Source: Isurus oxyrinchus | Taxonomy: Eukaryota | Length of the DNA stretch: 64,000 nt | Direction of reading: 5' to 3' | Assembly (NCBI GenBank): GCA_026770705.1 | Contig: JANJGN010000102.1 | Location: 310,001-374,000 of the forward strand | Part shown: piece after piece, positions 50,841 to 62,040 of the stretch | How the letters are laid out: the number at the start of each line of letters is the position of its first letter | Position numbering within the stretch: the stretch's first letter is position 1 | The notes under the pieces: generated by a model | Database searches by the model: none | What the model saw: the letters and a program-made list of their open reading frames with translations, nothing else | What the model was told of the DNA's origin: nothing | Made by a program: the position numbers and the translations under genes

Positions 50841-51106
50841 GAGCTCATGAGTATGAGTCAGTCATCTCCTGTGTTGCTGTGGACGAGGGGGTGACACGGA
50901 GGGAGAGAAGGATAAGGTGAGTGAGGGATGAGTTATTGAACATAGAGAAAGGAAGGAAATTGCTTGGGGGTGGGTGTGGTGTGGTGGTGGTATGCGGAGG
51001 GAGGCTGCGGGAGTGAGGAAGGGTCAATTTGACCCAGTTTGCTTCGGAATGGGCGGTTGTCAGTCTTACGTTAATGCATTAAGTGTCTGCTTTCTCTTCC
51101 TTCCAG

Positions 51107-51364
51107 GAGCACACATTTTGCAGGCACAGTTCTCCATCGAAAAATCTCATCATTCAGCAGTTAGCCTGAGGTTCGCTTATGAAGGAACAGAACTCATCCA
51201 GTTCAACTACATCACCAATCAGTTCGTGGCCACTGAGCCGCTGGCAAAGTCTTTCGCTGAGCAACTTAACAGCGACCAGAAGAAGGTCAGAAGGTACATT
51301 CGCTATGGCTCCTTTGCAAATCTGGTGTCAGATGTGGTTTTACGGGCCACTCGCCAACTGATCG
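51107..51364 (+). pseudogene. MHC W-category beta chain (WB) beta1 exon (open, class I alpha2-like)
   Basis: TTTCTCTTCCTTCCAG / G|GTAAGT, 258 nt, phase 1-1; GAHILQAQFSIEKSHHSAVSLRFAYEGTELIQFNYITNQFVATEPLAKSFAEQLNSDQKKVRRYIRYGSFANLVSDVVLRATRQLI. Confidence 0.87.
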
Positions 51365-51546
51365 GTAAGTGCGGAAAAGAGCGGGTAGGGTGGGGGTGGG
51401 AGCGAGAAGTGAGATTAATTGGTTAGAACTTTCAAAGAGCTAACACGGGCATGGTGGGCAGAATGGCATCATCCTGGGCTGTGGGGTGCGGTGTGTTACC
51501 GCATCAAGCATGTACACACGTCAGGAGGCCCCAGCTGACTGAACTC

Positions 51547-52324
51547 TGTCATGAAGTTATTAATGTATACAATATTTTGGAAAATATTTTTCCTTTGAAA
51601 TAGAAGTTTAGTCTGCTGGTGTGTCTTAATTGGATTACAGTCAGCTAGTCTGGGTGCTTGGATATGTACTAGTTTGAGATGTAAACAGAGGGGTAGAGTG
51701 TATTTGCATTTTTTGAATAGAGCATTGAAGAAGTGGGGTGAAACCTTGATGCCTTTCTAGCAGATACCAAGCAATATGTTTTTATTGCTAATAAAATTGG
51801 TACAATGAATGGGGTTTTATTGTTAAAAGGTAAAGTTCAAAGAGTCTGGTCAGACAATGAGAATTTGAATTCAATCAGGGGTGGTAGGTATAACTTCAGT
51901 AGTTTTTGGGTGTGAAAGCAGAGGCAATGTGAGATCAAAAGGCAGCTGCAAGCCTCCAGCTGGCTCCAGAGTGAAAGGAGCCTCATTTTGAATTTGTAAG
52001 GTGAAAATGCTTTGCCTGGTGTTTGGTTAAGTCTATGGGTTGCTGTTGCCCTAATGGAGATTAGTTTGGGAATTTGTTAAAAGATGTGATAGTAGTAATT
52101 TGCCGCCATGTGTATATATATATATATATATTCTAAACCTGTGCAAATTAATAAAATGTTTCAATTAGTTTAATGTAAACCCTGAAGAACTGATGGTCTG
52201 ATTCCTGAATTTAGAGTCGCATCTCGAACATAACACTTAAAATTATAGCTTATGACAGTTGTTTAAAGTTTCCCTCTGGGATTTTTTAAATAACTCCATT
52301 TTACCAACAGCATTGGTCATAACA
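51547..52324 (+). mobile_element. Solo LTR (778 bp, Gypsy-like)
   Basis: TGTCATGA...TCATAACA inverted termini, 4-bp TSD ACTC (51543-51546, 52325-52328), internal AATAAA. Confidence 0.85.
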
Positions 52325-52814
52325 ACTCTGCGCATGTAAAGAGTTGTGAGCACTTGGCCGGCCGGCAACAGTGGTGGGGGGAGTCATTGATGTTGTTCAC
52401 AGCTTGAGCTAATCGAGCAACTTTCCGAACCTCTCTGCATTTCCCTGCAGAGAGTGTCTTTTGCAGTCCACCTCGCTTGAGATCCTTCCTGTCAAAACTA
52501 CAACATTTTAACTGTTTATATATAATGTCTTTAACACAAGAAAAACATCCCTGAGGCACAACGTGCCAGGATTATGAAGCAACCTTTGACCCTGAGACAC
52601 GCCAGGAGATATAAGGGATGGGTGACCAAAAGCTTGCTCACAGAGGTCAATTTTTAAGGAGCATCTTAAAGGAGGAGAGAGAGGGAGAGGGAGAAGTTTA
52701 GGGAGGAAATTTAGGGCCCCAGGCAGCTGAAGGCACAGCCGTCAATAGTGGAGCGATAGAAATCGGGGGATGCTCAAAAAAACAGGTCTGGAGGGACACA
52801 GAGATCTCGAAGGG

Positions 52815-53095
52815 TTATAGGAGGTTACAGAGATAGGGTGGGTTGTTGGGGCTGGAAGAGGTCACAGAGGAAGGGAGGGTTGTAAAGGCTGGAGGAGGTT
52901 ACAGAAGTAGGGAGGGGTGTAGGGGCTGGAGGAGGTTACAGAGATAGGGAGGGTTGTAGGGGCTGGAGGAGGTTACAGAGATAGGGAGGGTTGTAGGGGC
53001 TGGAGGAGGTTACAGAGATAGGGAGGGTTGTAGGGGCTGGAGGAGGTTACAAAGGTAGGGAGGGTTGTAAGGCTTGGAGGAGGTTAAAGAGGTTA
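52815..53095 (+). repeat. 32-bp minisatellite (GGAGGTTACAGAGATAGGGAGGGTTGTAGGGGCT-like), interrupted by a CR1 and resuming at ~54178
   Basis: Direct inspection. Confidence 0.85.
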
Positions 53096-54177
53096 AATTG
53101 GCTGTCTGGCAGGAGGCAGAGAGTGGGGATAAGGGGGTCCTTCTCAGGATGGTGGCCGGTGACTAGTGGACTTCTGCAGGGCTCAGTGTTGGGAGCACAA
53201 CTTTTCACATTATACATTAATGATCTAGATGAAGGAACTGAGGGCATTCTGGCTAAGTTTGCAGATGATACTAAGATAGGTGGAGGGACAGGTAGTATTG
53301 AGGAAGCAGGGAGGCTGCAGAAGGAGTTAGACAGGTTAGGAGAATGGGCAAAGAAGTGGCAGATGGAATACAATGTAGGGAAGTGTGAGGTCATGTACTT
53401 TGGTAGAAGAATAGAGGCATAGACTATTTTCTAAATGGGGAGGGAATTCAGAAATCTGGAGTGCAAAGGGACTTGGGAATCCTAGTCCAGGATTTTCTTA
53501 AGGTTAACTTGCAGGTTGACGTGGTAGTTAGGAAGGCAAATGCAATGTTGGCATTTATTTCGAGAGGACTAGAACATAAAAGCAGGGATGTGCTGCTGAG
53601 GCTTTATAAGGCTCTGGTCAGACCACATTTAGAATATTGTGAGCAATTTTGGGCCCCGTATCTCAGGAAGGATGTGCTGGCCCTAGAGAGGATCCAGAGG
53701 AGGTTCATGAGAATGATCTCAGGAATGAAAGGCTTAACATATGAGGACTCTGGGTCTATACTCAATGGAGTTTAGAAGGATATGGGGGGATCTGATTGAA
53801 ACTTACAGAATACTGAAAGGCCTGGATAGAGTGGATGTGGGGAAGATGGTTCCATTAGTAGGAGAGACTAGGACCTGAGTGCACAGCCTCAGAGTAAAGG
53901 GAAGACCTTTTAGAACAGAGATGAGGAGAAACTTCTTTAGCCAGAGAGTGGTGAATCTATGGAATTCATTGCCACAGAAGGCTGTGGAGGCCAGGTCATT
54001 GAGTGTATTTAAGACCAAGATAGATAGGTTCTTGATTGGTAAGGGGATCAGAGGTTACGAGGAGAAGGTGGGAGAATGAAGTTGAGAAACATTTTATGCC
54101 ATGATTGAATGGCGGAGCAGACTCGATGGGCCGATTGGCCTAATTTCTGCTTCTATGTCTTATGGTCTTATGGTCTA
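53096..54177 (+). mobile_element. CR1 RT/3' fragment
   Basis: VTSGLLQGSVLG, KFADDTKIGG, RPHLEYCEQFW, (TCTTATGG)n tail. Confidence 0.93.
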
Positions 54178-54603
54178 AGAGATAGGGAGGGTTGTAGGAG
54201 CTGCAGGAGGTTGCCATAAGATGTAGGAGCACAAGTAGGTCATTCGGCCCATCCAATCTGCTCTGCCATTCAATGAGATTATGGCTGATCTGATAAACCT
54301 CAAATCCGCTTCCCTGCCTTTTCCCCATAACCCTTGATTCCCTTATTGGTTAAAAGTCTGACACTTCCCTCCATGTCCAGCCACACAGCAAAGATGCTCT
54401 CAGGCGGTGTACTTGAATGATAGAATTTTGCAGCACCAAAGGAGGCCATTCAGCCCATTGACTCTGTGCTATAAATCTGCTGAGGCCACTGGAATTTTCA
54501 TTAATCTGGATTGAGGAAATCTGGGTGATTTTATCTGAAGTCTTTTCTGCTCTGCCGCATTTTCTGAGGAGTTTTGAATCCATTGGCCTTCCATCTTCTG
54601 TAG

Positions 54604-54683
54604 CCAAGCCTTCCATCAACATAACCACCCTCCGCTTGCACCCTTACTTCTGATCTGCCGTGTGGATGGATTTTATCCAAGAG
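54604..54683 (+). pseudogene. WB beta2 Ig-C1 exon, frameshifted and 3'-truncated
   Basis: Acceptor TCTTCTGTAG, phase 1; AKPSINITTLRLHP / LLICRVDGFYPR, then homology stops. Confidence 0.8.
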
Positions 54684-55922
54684 TATAGCTCAGTATAGTT
54701 TTCTTATTTGTAAATAAATCTACCCATTAGTTTTAGCCTGAACGGAATGATTTACTTATAGTATCTACAATGTTTAAAGTCAGGAGGAGGATTATTTTGG
54801 AACTAAAGGGTGATTGTTAATGTACGAGCTTTCAGGGTGTGAGCAAAGGCGTAGGCTTTGACTCACAGGGCGCTTAAACTTCATTTAAATAAAATGTCAT
54901 TCTGTCTCACAAGAGGCTCTTCAGTGCCTTTGGTCTACAAAGGGAGGATGGCGATTCCTGCCTATTTCAATTCTGCAATTAACGGGTGTTTGCTTAGGCA
55001 AGGGTAGGTGTACAGGTCAGCCATGAGCTAACTGAACGGCAGGTGGAACAGGCTCAAGACACAGAATGGCCTGTTCCTGTGCTCTGATCAACATTCAGTT
55101 ACACAACATTGAGCTTGGCAATGGGCCCTCCGCTGTTGAAAACCTTGCTGATGTTCACATGAGGAGGAGGAGTGGGCCAGAGGGCAACCAGCACCCATGG
55201 AGCGTAAGCCCTATTGACTTCAGGGAGAGAGGTGAGAAGACTTGGCAGAATCTGTTACATTAGCCAGCGTCCATGTTGATCTGACTTGTTAACACAGATC
55301 TGTAATAAAAATGCAGCAAAGTCTTTGTGAAGTTCTGGGGAAGAAACAGAGGAAGCATTCAAAAGCAAAACTGCATGTATTGTTAAAACATGGATTCATT
55401 TCTTTTCATTTCCTTCTAGACTCCTTCTAGACTCCTTCTAGTGGTACATGTTTGTATGGTAGCCTTGAGCAGACAAAATGCACATTGCAATTTTCAATAC
55501 ACTGCGGTCATGTATATCCAAAGCCACTGATTAATGAGTGGTGTCTATTAACAGTGCATAGCACCAGAGAGTGCTGGGGCTTTAGCCTGCATATGCACAA
55601 GAGCCTCTTGTGAGACAGAATGACATTTTATTTAATGAAGTTGTTCCTCTCATTGGCAAGCTTAGCTGCATCCCTGGGGCAGCAATGTGCAGGGACGGGT
55701 GCAGCAGAAACGTCACTTGATTGGTTTCTGGCACTTTGTAGAAGCAAGATGCCAGGGATGTAGATGCCCGCCTGACAGCAGCCATGCCTGCCCACCCGCC
55801 CTCCCGTCTGTGTTGTGGCCCATAATCTCAAGGTGCCCAAGGGCCTGGGGAAAGAAACAAAGTTGTTCATACTAACCCGGCGCTGTGATATCTTCCGACC
55901 CTAATTCTACTTCGTTCCCCAG

Positions 55923-56024
55923 CTCCTAAGATGAAAAGCTGGCCGACTTACGGATACGTGACCGGGATAGTATTCATGATACTTGGAATCATAGCCCTGG
56001 CTGGAGGAATCAGCAGGTGGAGAG
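55923..56024 (+). pseudogene. WB connecting-peptide/TM exon (class II beta-type TM)
   Basis: TTCGTTCCCCAG / G|GTAGGA, 102 nt; xPKMKSWPTYGYVTGIVFMILGIIALAGGISRWR. GxxxxxxGxxxxxxG register as in class II beta TMs. Confidence 0.85.
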
Positions 56025-56074
56025 GTAGGAATATTGATGCATGTTCTAACCAACTCAGAAACTCCACCTGTTTG

Positions 56075-56485
56075 GCAATGATGAGAGATGGTAGTGTTGT
56101 GGTAATGTCACTGGACTAGTAACTCCAGAAGCCCAGGCTAATACTCTGGGGACACAGGGTATTCAAACCCCACCCCAGCTGCTGGTGGAATTTAAACTCA
56201 GTTAATAAAATCCAGAATTGGAAGCCAGTCTCAGTGATGGTGACCGTGAAACTACCATCGAATGTCATAAAAACCCCACCTGGTTCACTAATGTCCTTTA
56301 GGGAGGGAAATCTGCCGTCCTTACCCGGTCTGGCCGACACGTGACTCCAGACCCACAGCAATGCGGTTGACTCTTAACTGTCCCTCTGAAGTGGCCCTTA
56401 GCAAGATACTCAGTTTAGGGGGCAATTACAGACGGGCAACGATTGCTAGCCACGCCCACATCCCATGGAAGGATAAAGAAAAATG
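56075..56485 (+). mobile_element. HE1-type SINE
   Basis: tRNA-like head and CR1/HER1-like tail; an inverted homolog lies at 56870-57290. Confidence 0.75.
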
Positions 56486-56726
56486 ATGTGCCTCCATGAG
56501 AGGGTGGCATGACAGATTTGTGTTTATAAGCCCCTGTGTACACAAAACCAGCCAGCCCATGAGTTCAGCCGTCACTTCCATCTTTCCCCCATTAGGTGTT
56601 CCTGGATTGCAGAATGTGTTTCACTGGGGGATGGGTTTCACTGATTTCCGAGAGGATAGGGGCTGGCGGTGGGGAAGAGAGTGTCAGCCAAGGATTCGGA
56701 GCTAATGTTGACTATTTCTTTCCCAG

Positions 56727-56813
56727 GGCTCCATGCCTGTGGCTCACAACCTGAACCAAACCAGAGTCAAGTCAACACGCATTCCAATGCGTATTCCTCT
56801 AACACGGATTTAG
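56727..56813 (+). pseudogene. WB cytoplasmic exon 1
   Basis: TTTCTTTCCCAG / G|GTAACA, 87 nt, phase 1-1; GLHACGSQPEPNQSQVNTHSNAYSSNTDL. Confidence 0.65.
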
Positions 56814-57323
56814 GTAACAGAGTGACATTTGGTCTCTGCACTGTAGCACGCGTGCACAAGCACTTAATTTTCTTTTGTCCTTTCATGGGGATGTGGGCAT
56901 TGCTGGCTAGCCCAGTATTTGTTGCCCATCCCCAATTGCCCCTTGAACTGAGTGGCTTGCTAGGGCCTTTCAGAGGGGAAGTTAAGAGTCAACCCCCACT
57001 GCTGTGGGACTGGAGTCATGTGTAGGCCAGACCAGGTAAGGACGACAGATTTCCTTCCCTAAAGGACATCAGTGAACCAGATGGGGTTTTTACGACAATC
57101 GATGCCTAAAGGACAGCAGTTTTTACAACAAAGAAATCAATGCTATGAATATCTCGTTTTATATTCCAGATTTATTAATTAAATTTAAATCCCACCAATT
57201 GCTGTGTTGGGATTTGAACCTGTGCCCCCAAAGCATTAGCCTGGTCCTCTTAACTGTAAGTCCAGTGACAATACCACAATTCCACTGTCTCCTCAATGGT
57301 GCACTGTGTCTATAACCTCGCAG

Positions 57324-57647
57324 CTAAGTTCTGGATGGGAACTGCACTGTTGCTGAGGTGTGTGAAACTCATCCTCCACATTAGCATGAGCTCTGCCCAA
57401 CCTGCTTCAACTCTTGAGGTTCTTCAATCTTCCCAAGGACCCTTTCCCCAACTTCCTTCCCGATCTCAGTCCGGTAACTCCTGACGGAAAGCATGCAGGC
57501 AGACACAAGGCAAGGACGTTATCGGACCTGGCCGATGCTCACAGTCTGGCCTCCCACACAATGCACAACTCCTCAGATGAGCATAGAGGGTCTATGGACT
57601 CTGTGCCCCTGCAAGAGGCAGCGACTGCAGAGAAAGACAGATTGTAG
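57324..57647 (+). pseudogene. WB candidate cytoplasmic exon 2 (frameshifted)
   Basis: CCTCGCAG / AG|GTAAAC; protein-like frame FFNLPKDPFPNFLPDLSPVTPDGKHAGRHKARTLSDLADAHSLASHTMHNSSDEHRGSMDSVPL. Confidence 0.5.
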
Positions 57648-57669
57648 GTAAACACCGAGAGAGACTATA

Positions 57670-57980
57670 GTGAAAGAGAGACATGCTGCCAAAGCTTTTC
57701 ATCTTGGACTCCTCAGGACGAACCTAAGAATGCCAACTGTCAGGCGATCACAACAGTTTATACTAGGGAGAAAGGTGCCAATTGGTTGGCAGGTTGACTC
57801 TGATTGGCCGAGGAGTTACCATGGAGAAAGCAACAGGGAACCATTGGCTCCCTGAACTCCCGAGTAATTCAGAAAAGACACAAACCTTGAACATGTTTCT
57901 TTTGCTTGCAGAGGGTGGGGCCCTGTGTATGAATGTATGTCACTTCGAGCAAGCATAAATGAGCCACATTACGTGCTTGA
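57670..57980 (-). mobile_element. Putative Penelope-like terminal fragment with hammerhead-like motif (57691-57716)
   Basis: Minus strand CTGAGGA-GTCCAAGAT-GAAA-AGCTT; homolog of 8250-8530. Confidence 0.55.
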
Positions 57981-58305
57981 CTGATTATCTTAAATTGGTT
58001 GTTAGTGTCACTTGGCGCACTCAGGATTGTTCAGCAAATGCTGCACTTTGTCCTGACAAAAACATTGTTGGCAACACATCCCCTTTTCCAGCCATATTAA
58101 GTTCTGTGCTGTCAATTGACTGATGGTGAAATTACAGCAGCATTATAATTATCTTCTAAAATTAACGTGCTAGCACCATTCACGTAGCCCTATACAGCTG
58201 CTCGGCAGCAATGGAGAATGTAACAGGAATTGGAGCGTTACAAACAATACTAAACTCTTGTTACCTGTAGATATCTGTCATCCCCTCTTGCACTTTTCTT
58301 CCCAG

Positions 58306-58585
58306 GAGTATGGACACAGGGGGAGGCTAATCACCTCTATGTGGAAAGTGAACGGACTCCCAGACCCATACCCACTTGAAACGGAGCATCAAACTCAGAA
58401 CCCCCAACCCTCCCCATCCCCCTCCCAGATATCTGGAGACTGAGAGACGTCGGCTGAATCTGCCTCCACTCACCTTCCGAAAGAGCGTGTCCTGTGGAAC
58501 CATGAGTCGGAATTCAGTCCAATCGATCACTTCAGAGACTGACTCAGAGGAGCTGACTCTGCGATACAATACACCTCTGGTTTAG
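58306..58585 (+). pseudogene. WB candidate last exon (two nonsense codons); polyA signal AATAAA at ~58793
   Basis: CTTTTCTTCCCAG, phase 2; SMDTGGG*SPLCGK*TDSQTHTHLKRSIKLRTPNPPHPPPRYLETERRRLNLPPLTFRKSVSCGTMSRNSVQSITSETDSEELTLRYNTPLV*. Confidence 0.55.
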
Positions 58586-59209
58586 TCTGTTTATTTAACT
58601 CTTACTACTCCAGGCTCTGTTAACCTGCGAGAAAAAAACTCATGGCTACTGTTCCACCCTTATTTAATTGATATAATTCTCACGTGGCTCCTGCTTGTAG
58701 TTACTCCACCGTCACTTGTTACTTTCTGGATTGTTAAAATACATGAACGAGAATTATAAATGGAAACGAAATATACAAAAACATAGGAACCAAATAAACT
58801 TTAATAGAAAATATGGATCCTCACACACAGAAGAATTAGGCTTTTGTTAATATAGATATAAACCTGATTGAAATTATTGGCTTTAATGTACAGCTCTCCC
58901 AATGATCTCCGATGCCACATTTGGCATCATTTGTTGATGTGACGGAGTTAGCAAAGTGCAGCAGTCAATTCATCATTAATTGCCCCCTTAAGGGCCCCAA
59001 CTGGGGCTAGGGCTGGCCTTGGCTTCTAGGCTTCGTCCATCCCACTGTAAAATTTTGGACAGGCTGGGCAGGCTGGAGGATGAAATCTCCCCACCAACTA
59101 GTCCGACAGTCCAGGAAAATAAAAGCTAAGCTCATTCATCTGGATTTCCACTCATGGGTGCTCATTCGTCCTTCAATCTTCGACACTGAATGCTCTTTTC
59201 AAACCAAAT

Positions 59210-62040
59210 ATTGGAGAAGCTGGGACTGTTCTCCTTGGAGAAAAGGAGGTTGAGAGGAGATTTGATCGAGGTGTTCAAAATCACGAGGAGTCTGGGACAG
59301 AGCAGATAGGGAGAAACTGTTCCCATTGGCGGAAGGATCGAGAACCAGAGGGACACGGATTTAAGGCGATTGGTAAAAGAAGCAAGGTAGATACGAGAAG
59401 GAATTTTTTCACGCATCAAGTGGTTAGGGAATGCACTGCCTGAGAGTGTGGGGGAGGCAGGGTGAATGAGAGCTTTCAAAAGGCAGTTAGGTCATTATTT
59501 GGAAAGGAAGAATGTGCAGGGTTACAGGGAGAGGACGGGGGAATGGCACTGGATGAGTTGCTCATTTGGAGAGCCAGTGCAGATAGGATGGGCTGAAAGG
59601 CCTCCTTCTGCGCTGTTACAATGCTGTGATCCTGCGATAATCTCCTGGCTCACATTCTGCACAAGGAGTACCAGCTTCTGTCTTCAATCGAGGTCCTGAG
59701 GATGACAAGTGAGAAGTGGACTTTACACAGGAGGCGTCTCTCTTGTTGGGGAACAAGGAACAAGAATCCTGCTTTATTAGAAAATCACTGGCACCTGGAG
59801 TCTGTGATCATCTCCTCCCCATGACTTTAATCCCAATCTGCTGCTTGCTCCCCTGATCTTGTGCCCTCATTCTAGATTCCCCCACAAGGGGGAAACATCC
59901 TGTCAGCATCTACCCTGTCAAACCCCCCTGGCTTCAGATTCTGATTTGTTTCAATAAAATCACCTCTCATTCTTCTAAACTGCAATGGGCACAGGCCCAA
60001 CCGGCTGAACTTTTCCCCATAAGACAAACCTCTGATCCCAGGAATCAACCAAGTGAAGCTTCTCTGAACTACTTCCAATGAACATACCCCACCTTAAATA
60101 AGGAGACCAAAACTGTACACAGTACTCCAGGTGCGGTCTCACCAATGCTCTGTACAGTTGCAGCAAGATTTCCCTACTTTTATACTCTATCCCTCCTCGC
60201 AATAAATGCTAACCTTCCATTTGCCTTCCTAATCACTTGCTGCACTTGCGTACTAACTTCTGATTCATGCATTCATCACAGAACCTGCTGATTCAAGTAT
60301 TTGTCATTACAGTAAAGGGTGGGGGGCATCATATTCAGTGCTAATACTTGAATGTGTCAATGGGAGACATCTATACACAATTTTTCGACCCTCCCTTTGT
60401 GCATCATGTCCATCTTGTGACGTTCTTTCCTGTGAAGGGATACATTTTCTGAAGGAAGGAGGCGGAGAGACAGTATAAAATAAAGGGTACAATTCTATAG
60501 TGGGTACAGGAGCAGAGGGACGAGGGTGTATATGTGCATAAATCATTGAAGGTGGCAGGACAGGTTGAAAGAGCTGTTTCCAAAGTATATCGTATCCTTG
60601 GCTTTATTAAGAGGGGCATAGAGTATAAGAGCAAGGAGGTTATGCTGAATTTATACAAGACACTCGGTTAGACCTCAGCTGGAGTATATATGGATGCCAC
60701 ATCATAGGAAGGATGTGAACACAAAGAGAGTGCAGACGAAGTTTACAAGAATGGGTGTTTCAGGAATAAAAAACTTCAGCTAATGAGGATAGATTGGAGA
60801 GGTTGGGACTGTTCTCTTTGGAGAGAAGGCTGGGAGGAGATTTGATAGAGAGGTTCAAAACCATGAGGGGGCTGGACAGAGTAGATTGGGAGAAGCTGTT
60901 CCCACTCGTAAAAGGATCAAGAACAAGAGGGCACAGATTTAAAGGAAACAAGCGTGATGTGAGAAATAAACTTTTTCACATGGCGAGTGGTTCGGGTCTG
61001 GAATGCACTGCCTAGAAGTGTGGTGGAGGCAGGCTCAGTCGAGGCATTCAAGAGGGCATTAAATGGTTATTTGAATAGAAATAATGTGGAAGGGTATGGG
61101 GAAAAGGCAGGGCAATGGCACTAGGTCATAATGCTCATTTGGAGCGCTAGCGCAGACACGATGGGCCGAATGGCCTCCTTCTGTGCCATTAAGATTCTGT
61201 GATTGTGTGGTGTAGATAAGTTATTGAAGGTGACAGGACAGGTTGAGAGAATGGTTAATAAAGCAAGGAGTGTCCTAGGCTTCATTAATCGGGGCATACA
61301 GAACAAAAACAATGAGGTTATGGTAAAAAGATAAAAGCAAAATACTGCGGATGCTGGAAATCTGAAACAAAAACAGAAAATGCTGCAAAAACTCAGCAGG
61401 TCTGACAGCATCTGTGGAGAGAGAAAAACAAAGTTAATGTTTCAAGTCCGTATGACCCTTCTTCAGAGCAGAGGTTATGATAAACTTGCATAAAACACTA
61501 GTTCAGCCTCAGCTGGAGTATTGTGTCCAGTTCTGGGTGCTGCACTATATGAAGGATGTGAAGGCTTTAGAGAGAAAGAGAGAGAGAGAGTGAGTGCGGC
61601 AAAGATTCAAAAGAATGGTTCCAGGGATGAGGGACTTTGGTTCCATAGACAGATTGGAGAAGTTGGGACTGTTCTCCTTGGAGTAAAGGAGGTTGAGAGG
61701 AGATTTTTTGGAGGTGTTCAAAATCACGAGGGGTCTGGGACAGAGTAGATGGGAAGAAACTGCTCCCAGTGGCGGAAGGATCAAGAACTAGAGGGACACT
61801 GATTTAAGGCGATTGGTAAAAGAAGCAACGGAGATGTGAGGAGAAACTTTTTCACACAGCGAGTGGTTAGGATCTGGAATGCGCTGCCCAAGAGTGTGGG
61901 GGAGGCAGGGTCAATTGAGACTTTCAAAAAGGAATTGGGGAATGGACAGGGCACTGGCACTGGGTGATTTGTTCTTGCATTGAGCCACCACAGACATAAT
62001 GGGCCAAATGGCCTCCTTCTGTACTGTCACTATTCAGTGA
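59210..62040. mobile_element. Cluster of CR1 3' fragments (both strands) with a solo Penelope tail at ~61330-61470 (-)
   Basis: Repeated LGLFSLE.RRLRGDLIE and RPHLEYCVQFW blocks. Confidence 0.88.

Noticed and set aside
58556-58585. ITIM or class I PDZ motif at LRYNTPLV
   Set aside because: Y+3 is Pro and the -2 residue is Pro, so neither consensus is met.
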